Below are positions 45,501 to 52,303 of a stretch of DNA of 52,303 nucleotides, one piece after another. The notes beneath the pieces were generated by a model. It was given only the letters and a program-made list of their open reading frames with translations, made no database searches and was not told where the DNA came from. A program made the position numbers and the translations under genes. The stretch lies in contig JAJYWR010000006.1 in NCBI GenBank assembly GCA_021791395.1, positions 1 to 52,303 of the forward strand, written 5' to 3'. Source of the DNA: a bacterium. Its GTDB lineage: Bacteria; Patescibacteriota; Minisyncoccia; UBA6257; GWB1-50-10. Positions within the stretch are counted from its first letter, which is position 1, and each line of letters starts with the position of its first letter.

Positions 45501-46754
45501 ATGACTTCATCTGATAAAATAGCGAAAATTTTAAGGACCGACAAGGATTATATCGAGAAGATCGAACGTCATTTCTCCGAGATCACGAAGAAGGAAGGTA
45601 TCATGGACGCGATCATGGCGGAGAACGAAAAGAAAATGTCCGATCGGCTATCGCGCCTCGATGTGGACCGAAATGCCGGTGCGAAGGAGATTTATGATGC
45701 CTTGATATCGAAGATAGAGGCCGATAATCACGCCGTATCCATCGCGCTCGGCAATCCGTCGCTCACAAAAATGAGTGACTACGAGGGCATTGTGGAAGCA
45801 ATCAAGAAGGTGAAGGGGGTCGAGCGGGGATTTTTTTTGAAGAAGGAAAAAGCGATCGAATTTTTGAAAAAGGAACCGCCGAAGAAGATACTCGAATTTC
45901 TGAAATACGATTCAGTCGACGCGATGCTCGAGCATGAGGATCTTTTCGAGGTCATGAGCACTCTTCGCTTCATCGAGGGGAGCGAGTGGCTGAATGAAAC
46001 CTTCTTCAAGCAGTACGAAACGCTCACGCCAGCCGACTTTGAAGAGCGGGAAATTGTCATTCGGCCGCTTCCGGAAAAATGGGGACCCGCAGCCCAAGAA
46101 TTCGTCAACAAGAAGTGGCACAATTTGAGTCATTTGAAGGAAATGGGCGTTGTGTTCGTCATCCCGCTTTCACTCGGCATTTCGGGCGAACTTTTGCGGA
46201 TGATGGCTTTAACCTTCCACTATTTGAACGAAATCCCGTTCTACTCCGACATGATCAGGCGATGTGCCGATTTGCCGGAGACCTTCGCGGCGAATCTCAT
46301 TTCGCTCCTCCGGGGCGATGTTCTCGACCGGCATATGCCCGAGGGGGAAAAGACGCTTTGGCTCGTCGTTCAGCGGTATCTCACAAAAGACGACGAGAAT
46401 GAATGGCGACTTTTCGTGCCACATTTGAATCCGGAGGCGATCCATTGGGTGAAGGCGGGGCATGACATCATGAAGCTGGGGGAGGTTCTAAATTACGAAG
46501 GCGTCGATTTGAGCTTTTGGGCGGATCTCGACTGGGTCGGCGATTTCTTCAAGGATGAGCTCGGAGAAGATACGCTCGTGAGCTTCAATCTTGTCGACAC
46601 CGTGATGAGCTTGGTTGAGGAGAAGGAATCGATCAAGTTCATGTATCATCATCAAGAAGCGCTCTGGAATCAGGTTTTCGCATCATACTTCTCGTTCGGG
46701 GAGATGGAGAAGTTTTCGAAGGACTACCTGCCGCAGGGATACTTTGAGATTTGA
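45501..46754 (+). CDS. conserved hypothetical protein (417 aa) embedded in the sugar-phosphate cluster
   Basis: A long ORF with no motif I can assign. Confidence 0.5.
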   Translation: MTSSDKIAKILRTDKDYIEKIERHFSEITKKEGIMDAIMAENEKKMSDRLSRLDVDRNAGAKEIYDALISKIEADNHAVSIALGNPSLTKMSDYEGIVEAIKKVKGVERGFFLKKEKAIEFLKKEPPKKILEFLKYDSVDAMLEHEDLFEVMSTLRFIEGSEWLNETFFKQYETLTPADFEEREIVIRPLPEKWGPAAQEFVNKKWHNLSHLKEMGVVFVIPLSLGISGELLRMMALTFHYLNEIPFYSDMIRRCADLPETFAANLISLLRGDVLDRHMPEGEKTLWLVVQRYLTKDDENEWRLFVPHLNPEAIHWVKAGHDIMKLGEVLNYEGVDLSFWADLDWVGDFFKDELGEDTLVSFNLVDTVMSLVEEKESIKFMYHHQEALWNQVFASYFSFGEMEKFSKDYLPQGYFEI

Positions 46755-46756
46755 GC

Positions 46757-46904
46757 GGAACGGGAATTTCTTCTCTGCCGGCACCGGGCGTTCGCTTGCT
46801 CCAGCGGCAAGCACCGCCCTGCGCTCTCGGCGAAAAATCCGCCAAGGGCGGAACCAATCTTTTTCGCCTCCGAGAGCTGCCATACGGGAAGAAGCTCCTG
46901 TTCC
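46757..46904 (+). repeat. structured ~150 nt element, copy 1 (candidate ncRNA/hairpin-nested element)
   Basis: It starts 3 nt after the stop codon. A 19 bp outer stem (46757-75/46886-904) encloses conserved hairpins. A T-run follows at 46905-14. Confidence 0.65.
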
Positions 46905-46930
46905 TTATTTTGTTGTAATATAATGAAGAG

Positions 46931-47818
46931 ATGAGGAATTTATTGAACACCTTACAATGGGCGGAAGAAAAAGGAGTGGCGTTGCCGCATTTCAACATTG
47001 CGGGATATGAACAGTTCAAGGCGATTGCCGAAACCGCGCGGGATATGAAACTCCCGGTCTTGGTCGGCGTTTCGGAGGGCGAACGGGGATATTTGGGTAC
47101 GAAGCAGGTACGGGATCTTCTCTCGAGTTACAACGAGGAGCATGGAGATAAAGAACATGACGGCGGATTTTGGCTTTTCTTGAATGCCGATCACACGCAT
47201 GATCCGGCGCTCGCGAAAGAAGCGGCCGCTGCCGGTTTCGATGAGGTTCTTTTCGACGGCGGGAAGTTGCCGCTCGACGAAGACATCAAGCAGACCGGGG
47301 AAGTCGTGAAAACGCTCAAAAATATTAACCCCGCGCTCGTCATGGAGGGTGAAATGGGATATATCGGGTCGGATTCGGAAATATGGGACAAGATTCCGGA
47401 AGGCGCCGCGCTTTCGCCCGATGCCCTTACGAAGCCGGAAGATGCCGCCCGGTTCGTTTCCGAAACGGGCGTCGATATGCTCGCACCGGCCGTTGGGAAC
47501 GTCCATGGAATGTTTCGCGGCGGCCACGATCCTCGGCTCGACATTCAGCGCATCAAAGCGATCAAAGATGCGGTGAAGATCCCCTTGGTGCTCCACGGCG
47601 GGAGCGGTACTGTCGATGAGGATTTCGCGGCGGCGATTGATGCGGGTATTACCATTGTCCACATTTCAACTGAAATCAGGGTTGCGTGGCGGAAGGGTGT
47701 CGAGTATGGATTGGAGGAAAAACCCGACGAAGTTGCTCCCTATAAGATCATGCCAGCGGCGATCGAAGGAATGAAAGCGGTCATTGAGGCAAGGATGAAA
47801 TTATTCTACAAACAATAA
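46931..47818 (+). CDS. fba: class II fructose-bisphosphate aldolase
   Basis: LPHFNIAGYEQ...LNADHT...LVLHGGSG. TATAAT at 46919-24 lies 6 nt before the ATG. Confidence 0.85.
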   Translation: MRNLLNTLQWAEEKGVALPHFNIAGYEQFKAIAETARDMKLPVLVGVSEGERGYLGTKQVRDLLSSYNEEHGDKEHDGGFWLFLNADHTHDPALAKEAAAAGFDEVLFDGGKLPLDEDIKQTGEVVKTLKNINPALVMEGEMGYIGSDSEIWDKIPEGAALSPDALTKPEDAARFVSETGVDMLAPAVGNVHGMFRGGHDPRLDIQRIKAIKDAVKIPLVLHGGSGTVDEDFAAAIDAGITIVHISTEIRVAWRKGVEYGLEEKPDEVAPYKIMPAAIEGMKAVIEARMKLFYKQ

Positions 47819-48375
47819 TGGTGATCCTTATCGCTCTCGATGCGATTCTCATTGCAGTGCTCATCTTTCTTCTTGCGTCGCTCATTTATTCGCAGCGCGC
47901 CGGTGCACCGTATGTCCCCATCGAACGGAAAGCGATGCGCCGTATATTGGAGTGGGGGAATCTCAGCCCGCAGGATGTCGTTTTCGATTTCGGGTCGGGT
48001 GATGGCAGGGTTCTTATCGAAGCGGTGCGCCGGTTCGGCGCTCGCGCCGGGATTGGCTATGAAATCTCGTGGTGGCCGTATTTTAAGTCAAAGCTCTTAC
48101 TAAAAAAGAATGGTCTTGTTGGCAAGGTGAAAGTGGAAAGGAGGAGCATTTTCAATATACCGGAATCGATTTTTTCAGATGCCAATGTCTTCTATGTCTA
48201 TACGTCGCCGGAAACCATGAAAAGGCTTGCCGTGACCGAGTTCCCGAAAATGAAAAGGGGTTCGAAGATCATATCGCCGTCGTTCAGGATTCCAGATGGC
48301 GATCATAACTTTCACCTTGTTGATTCGACGGATATCGGTTGGCACCGGGTTTTTATTTATGAGAAAATAAAATAA
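47818..48375 (+). CDS. class I SAM-dependent methyltransferase with N-terminal TM helix
   Basis: VVFDFGSGDGRVLIEA (motif I). No NPPY motif, so it is not HemK. Confidence 0.6.
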   Translation: MVILIALDAILIAVLIFLLASLIYSQRAGAPYVPIERKAMRRILEWGNLSPQDVVFDFGSGDGRVLIEAVRRFGARAGIGYEISWWPYFKSKLLLKKNGLVGKVKVERRSIFNIPESIFSDANVFYVYTSPETMKRLAVTEFPKMKRGSKIISPSFRIPDGDHNFHLVDSTDIGWHRVFIYEKIK

Positions 48376-48469
48376 CGCGAATTACGCGGATACGATATGT
48401 GAATGCCGCGAAAACGAATTTTGCATCATTTGCATGACATATTCGTAATTTCGCATTATACTTGGACCC

Positions 48470-49201
48470 ATGGAAACTCAGGCTATTAATAAAATTATTC
48501 TCGAAATCCGCGCCGGGACGGGCGGGGATGAGGCATCCCTTTTCGCGGGCGATCTGGCGCGTATGTACCAAAAGTATGCGGCAAAGAAGGGGTGGACGTT
48601 TTCCATCCTCGATGCCTCCGAATCAGGGGCAAGGGGATATAAGACCTTAATCGCGGAAATGGGCGGACTGGGGGTGTACGATGCCTTGAAACAGGAATCG
48701 GGTGTCCACCGCGTGCAACGGGTGCCGGTTACCGAGCGGCAGGGGAGGATCCATACGTCAACGGCTTCGGTAGCGGTTCTCCCAATCGTGGAAGCAAAAG
48801 CAGTCGAAATAAAAGAAAGCGATCTGGAGGTCACTTTTTCCCGGGCAGGCGGCCCCGGCGGCCAGAACGTGAACAAGGTTGAGACGGCCGTCCGCATTCT
48901 CCACAAGCCGACGGGCATCGTGGTTTCGTGCCGCTCGGAACGATTTCAGCATGCGAACCGCGAGAAGGCGATGGAAATCTTGCGAGCGAAGCTTTACGAG
49001 ATAGAGCAATTGAGAGCGACCGGATCGATCGACGAGATGCGGCGCGCGCAGATTGGTTCGGGAGAGCGATCGGAGAAAATACGGACCTATAATTTCCCTG
49101 AAGACCGGATTACCGACCACCGGATCGGCAAGAAATTCCACAATATCGAAAAGATCATGGAAGGGGATTTCGATCCCATCGCGAGAGCCTTCGCAAAGTG
49201 A
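48470..49201 (+). CDS. prfA: peptide chain release factor 1-like, lacking N-terminal domain 1 (243 aa)
   Basis: [19 protein letters not shown]...[26 protein letters not shown] (PxT motif)...[20 protein letters not shown] (GGQ). TATACT at 48457-62 lies 7 nt before the ATG. Confidence 0.85.
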   Translation: METQAINKIILEIRAGTGGDEASLFAGDLARMYQKYAAKKGWTFSILDASESGARGYKTLIAEMGGLGVYDALKQESGVHRVQRVPVTERQGRIHTSTASVAVLPIVEAKAVEIKESDLEVTFSRAGGPGGQNVNKVETAVRILHKPTGIVVSCRSERFQHANREKAMEILRAKLYEIEQLRATGSIDEMRRAQIGSGERSEKIRTYNFPEDRITDHRIGKKFHNIEKIMEGDFDPIARAFAK

Positions 49202-49360
49202 TTTCTGCATTTCTCGCAAACACGCGTCGGTTTTCCCTGCGAGAAAACCGCGCTCGTTCTCAACCTTGCTCTCTCGCTCCGCTCGAACTGTGCCCGCTCG
49301 GTTTCCGAAACGGTTTATTCAAAATGCAGAAACCACTTCTTTATTAATAAAGTAATAGTG

Positions 49361-49514
49361 TAGCTGACGAGTGTTCTTTCCGTGTGGCAGCTCTCGGAGG
49401 CGAAAAAGATTGGTTCCGCCGAGGAGGCGGATTTTCGCCGAGAGCGCAGGGCGGCCTTGGCCGCTGGAGCCAAGGAACGACCCGGTGCCGGTAAGAAAGA
49501 ACACTCGTCAGCTA
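49361..49514 (-). repeat. structured ~150 nt element, copy 2 (inverted relative to copy 1)
   Basis: A 20 bp perfect outer stem (49361-80/49495-514) overlaps the stop codon of the 49512..50939 gene. The core is roughly 85-90% identical to copy 1. Confidence 0.65.
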
Positions 49515-50939
49515 GCTCCCTTGGCTGTTCAAGACGTCGATGTCGTTTTGATAGTTGTTTGCTTGGTCGACGACCGGCTGGCCGTACCAGAAGCGATAGG
49601 TGTACCAGTTGCCGCCGGCATAGTACTTGGCTGCCGCACACCGCTCGAGGAGTGTTTGATAAGGGGCGACTTTTTGATTCGCTTTGGCATAATTTATGCA
49701 ATTTGCGGAGGAAAGAAGGTCTTTCATGAGGAGTCCCGTTGCGACGAAGGCATCGGAATTGTTCCACGGGTTCGCGGGGCTATCCCCAGTGATCTGCGAT
49801 ATTTGTGATGCGTACAAATTCCATGTCGATGGTATGAATTGAGCCGGTCCCATAGCTCCGCCGTACGCGCCGTCGGAATTCGGACAGGAGACGTATGCGG
49901 ATTGCGAACCTGGATCGATGTTGAGTGACTGGAGAAGCTTCAAAAATATCGGTACGTCGCGAGTCGGATTCATCGCCGTGGTGTATGAGCATTTTCCGAC
50001 GTTTTGTCCCAAAGCGGACTCGCGGTTCAAGATGGCGAGAATGAGCGCAGCTCGGACGCCGGTCGCTCCTTCGGCAAGCTTCGCGTAGTTGTATGCCTGC
50101 TGGAAGGTTAGTTGCCCTCCGCCCAAGAGCTGGAAGATGCGGTTCCGTATTTGAGCCGCCGTTTCTTTGGTCTTCGCGAGGATTTTTTGATAGGTGGCCT
50201 CTTGTCCTCTTGTTTGTTTTAAAAGGGTGGTTTTTTGACTTTGCGTTGTTTGGAGGGAGAATTTTTGCGTGGTTTGAATGTTCTTGAAATTTTGGGTGTC
50301 GGAGAGTTCGCCGGTCAGGGTTTGCTGCTGAGCGACGAGCTGATCTCTCAATTTTTGTATTTGGTCCAACTCATCCCGCATATTGCTTTGGGCCAAAATG
50401 ATGTTATCGACGTTCGAAAAGAAGTCGGAGAGGTTGTTGTTGGCAAGGAGAATCTCGAGGAGATTTTGATTGTCACTTTCGTAAATGGCTTGAATCGAGG
50501 AGGCAAGAGCGTCTTTATTGACGTTGATTTGATTCTCGGTTTGGTTTATCTGGCTTTGGGTGTCCGTGATGTCGCTCGAAAGTTGCGTGAGTTTCAGATT
50601 AACCGCCTTTATTTGGAGGTTGATTTGCGATATTTTCGAGTTCAGATAACGAATCTCGCCGCTCAACGTACTGCCTTGGGCTTGATACTTACTGATTTGT
50701 TGTTGTTGTTGTTCAATTTGGTTCTCAAGATCGGCGAGCTGCGCTTCTAAGGCTGCCCGTTCAGCCTGAGTGTCGGTTGTTGTAGCCGTCTGCCCCGGGC
50801 TCGTCGAGGTGGTTGAGGTTACTCCCGTCGTTGAGGTCGTTTGCGCATGCACGCTGAAAAACCACGCGCCCAGAACGAGGAGCGCGCAAGCAAGAACGAG
50901 CTGTGTTTTTTTCTCACTCACTTCCTTATATAGTAACAA
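49512..50939 (-). CDS. secreted coiled-coil protein with C-terminal lytic transglycosylase domain
   Basis: Signal/TM helix, Q-rich coiled coil, then LAILNRESALGQNVG...GAMGPAQFIPSTW (SLT/MltB-like). The start is uncertain (TTG 50939 or GTG 50921). Confidence 0.75.
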   Translation of the reverse strand: MLLYKEVSEKKTQLVLACALLVLGAWFFSVHAQTTSTTGVTSTTSTSPGQTATTTDTQAERAALEAQLADLENQIEQQQQQISKYQAQGSTLSGEIRYLNSKISQINLQIKAVNLKLTQLSSDITDTQSQINQTENQINVNKDALASSIQAIYESDNQNLLEILLANNNLSDFFSNVDNIILAQSNMRDELDQIQKLRDQLVAQQQTLTGELSDTQNFKNIQTTQKFSLQTTQSQKTTLLKQTRGQEATYQKILAKTKETAAQIRNRIFQLLGGGQLTFQQAYNYAKLAEGATGVRAALILAILNRESALGQNVGKCSYTTAMNPTRDVPIFLKLLQSLNIDPGSQSAYVSCPNSDGAYGGAMGPAQFIPSTWNLYASQISQITGDSPANPWNNSDAFVATGLLMKDLLSSANCINYAKANQKVAPYQTLLERCAAAKYYAGGNWYTYRFWYGQPVVDQANNYQNDIDVLNSQGS

Positions 50940-50979
50940 AAAAAGCGCCCGATTGTTACCGGGTGCCTTTTTGTTTTCC

Positions 50980-51615
50980 TTATTTATTTTCTTCCGTTCC
51001 CGTCTCTGCTCCCTGGGTTGTTTCTGCTGGGGCGGCTTCCGGCGCCGGCGGCGGAGTTTCTTCTTTCTCCTCCTTCATTTTATTTACGATAACAATCACT
51101 GAATTTTCCGGCGTTATTACTTTCACTTCTTTCCCGATGTTCAAGTCCTTGACGTGGATGGCATTTCCTTCATCGGCAAGACCCCCCACATCGATTTCGA
51201 ATTTGTGCGGCAAATGAGCCGGCGTCGCCGAAACCTTTATTTCGTTCATGACTTTCACGACGATGAGACCCTTCTTTATGGCCGGGGCCTCGCCCGTGAG
51301 TTCCACTGGAATTTCCGCTTCTATCTTTTCGTCCATGTTGATCTTGTGGAAGTCGACGGTTGTAACCTCGTCTTTTAGGTGGTCGAAATGGGCGTCGGAG
51401 ATAATGACGGGGAATTTTTCTTTACCGTCAATCGTAAGTGTTACCACGGTATTTTCTCCGGCTTCTTTGAAAATTTTCATGAAATCCCGTGATCCGACAG
51501 AAAGATGTTTATTCTCGATTCCCTTGCCGTACAGCTCGGCGGGAATAAGCCCACTGGCCCGGAGGTTCTTTACCTTCTTACCCAATACACTTCTTTCCTG
51601 CGTTTTTAATTCCAT
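50980..51615 (-). CDS. rplY: 50S ribosomal protein L25/general stress protein Ctc
   Basis: RSVLGKKVKNLRASGLIPAELYGKG...VTTVDFHKI. Confidence 0.9.
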   Translation of the reverse strand: MELKTQERSVLGKKVKNLRASGLIPAELYGKGIENKHLSVGSRDFMKIFKEAGENTVVTLTIDGKEKFPVIISDAHFDHLKDEVTTVDFHKINMDEKIEAEIPVELTGEAPAIKKGLIVVKVMNEIKVSATPAHLPHKFEIDVGGLADEGNAIHVKDLNIGKEVKVITPENSVIVIVNKMKEEKEETPPPAPEAAPAETTQGAETGTEENK

Positions 51616-51621
51616 GGATTT

Positions 51622-51879
51622 TTATTTCTTTGCCTGTTTCTTTGCTCTGACCCTCTTGGTCTTCTTGGGAACCGTTTCGGCTTTGGTCCGACGCGCCTTG
51701 AATTTCTCGATCCTTCCGGCGGTGTCGATCAACTGTTCCCGGCCGGTGTAGAACGGGTGGCATTTCGAGCAGATCTCGACGTGCATCTCGGGAACCGTCG
51801 AGCCGATTGTAAACACATTCCCGCATGCGCAGGTTACTTTCGCTTTTTGGTAATACTTCGGGTGAATATCCTTTTTCAT
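51622..51879 (-). CDS. rpmE: 50S ribosomal protein L31
   Basis: [17 protein letters not shown]...[10 protein letters not shown]. The start was moved to ATG 51879. Confidence 0.9.
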   Translation of the reverse strand: MKKDIHPKYYQKAKVTCACGNVFTIGSTVPEMHVEICSKCHPFYTGREQLIDTAGRIEKFKARRTKAETVPKKTKRVRAKKQAKK

Positions 51880-51976
51880 GGCGTTCAGTAGCCTTATGGT
51901 AGCACCCATTTTTCCTATTGACAAGCCCCGGGGATCGGCTATACTACTACTCACGCTGTTTGGAACTCTTTCTTGT

Positions 51977-52006
51977 TTGAAAGCTTTTTGAAAAAGCTAC
52001 TAGTAT
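51977..52006 (+). promoter_or_regulatory. possible rRNA operon promoter
   Basis: TTGAAA (51977-82), 18 nt spacer, TAGTAT (52001-06). A leader hairpin gttcggcc-ttcg-ggccgaac lies at 52040-59. Confidence 0.3.
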
Positions 52007-52113
52007 GTAGTTGAAAATTTTTTTAGTTGTCCCTTTCTGGTTCGGCCTTCGGGCCGAACTTGAGAGATTTCGTACGAGGAACTTTATCGATAGGTTTTTC
52101 GTACGGAGTTTCT

Positions 52114-52303
52114 TTTTGAGGATTTGATCCTGGTCCAGGATGAACGCTGGCGGCGTGGATAAGGCATGCAAGTCGCACGGTCCGCAAGGACAGTGGCGAA
52201 CGAGTTAGTAACACCCTAGTACGTACCCCGAAGTGGAGCATAGCCAGCCGAAAGGTTGGATAATTCTCCATGTGGAAGCAATTCTAAAGGCGCAAGCCGC
52301 TTC
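52114..52303 (+). rRNA. rrs: 16S rRNA, 5' end (partial, continues beyond the right edge)
   Basis: GAGGATTTGATCCTGGTCCAGGATGAACGCTGGCGGCGTGGATAAGGCATGCAAGTCGCACGG matches the universal 16S 5' region (27F site and helix 1-5 region). Confidence 0.9.

Noticed and set aside
46683-46883. Short ORFs across the structured element copies (46683..46883 minus; 49382..49729 plus) that give similar peptides.
   Set aside because: The similarity only reflects the nucleotide repeat. The sequence is dominated by extensive self-complementarity, and the ORFs differ in extent and lack start-site signals.
46757-49514. ykkC/guanidine-I-like riboswitch identity for the two-copy structured element (GGTTCCG ... CGCCGAGAG words).
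   Set aside because: The ACGG.GGGA.AAA.CCCGGGAGA half of the ykkC motif is absent. In that orientation neither copy has a downstream gene, and both copies sit at gene 3' ends.
1-52303. CRISPR arrays, tRNA genes, toxin-antitoxin or known defence-system genes.
   Set aside because: I found no regularly spaced direct repeats, and no tRNA-like T-arm/acceptor pairs in intergenic regions (GGTTCGAA-like words occur only inside CDSs). I found no recognisable Cas, RT, nuclease-NTPase or TA modules among the ORFs. A tRNAscan or CRISPR-finder run would be needed to be certain.

Overview
The window looks like a chromosome segment from a Patescibacteria/CPR (Parcubacteria-like) bacterium. This rests on the partial 16S 5' end at 52114-52303 (GATTTGATCCTGGTCCAGGATGAACGCTGGCGGCGTGGATAAGGCATGCAAGTCG), a split transketolase, a compact pentose-phosphate/lower-glycolysis cluster and three giant secreted proteins. 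Standard genetic code: TGA is used as a stop.

Layout:
(1) 1-2520: a large serine recombinase cassette bracketed by inverted copies of the 5' coding region of a tail-fibre-like giant protein.
(2) 2263-24923: two giant surface proteins, each followed by a small cupredoxin-like protein. They flank a roughly 13 kb glycan island with a Wzm/Wzt exporter, a DUF579 methyltransferase, tandem GT8 paralogues, GT2/GT4 enzymes, a Dpm1-like enzyme and a GT-C-like membrane protein.
(3) 25000-34207: a lipoprotein, a RAYT (IS200-like Y1 transposase) with REP-like hairpins, a lamin-tail-domain protein, PolX, and a third giant protein with PLC-like, 3x LTD and cupredoxin domains.
(4) 34300-34540: an unclassified structured RNA candidate.
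(5) 34890-49201: housekeeping genes (SpoU methyltransferase, DUF192, gap, S8 protease, rpiB, rpe, pyrG, split tkt, PfkB kinase, fba, short RF1).
(6) 49512-52303: a lytic transglycosylase, L25, L31 and the 16S start.

Most interesting:
- the candidate inversion switch at the left edge;
- a two-copy ~150 nt structured element with compensatory stem changes, nested at gene 3' ends;
- the recurrent pairing of giant proteins with cupredoxin modules;
- a pervasive promoter architecture (TATAAT 6-8 nt before ATG) that implies leaderless mRNAs.

All calls come from reading the sequence and motif recognition. No database search was run.
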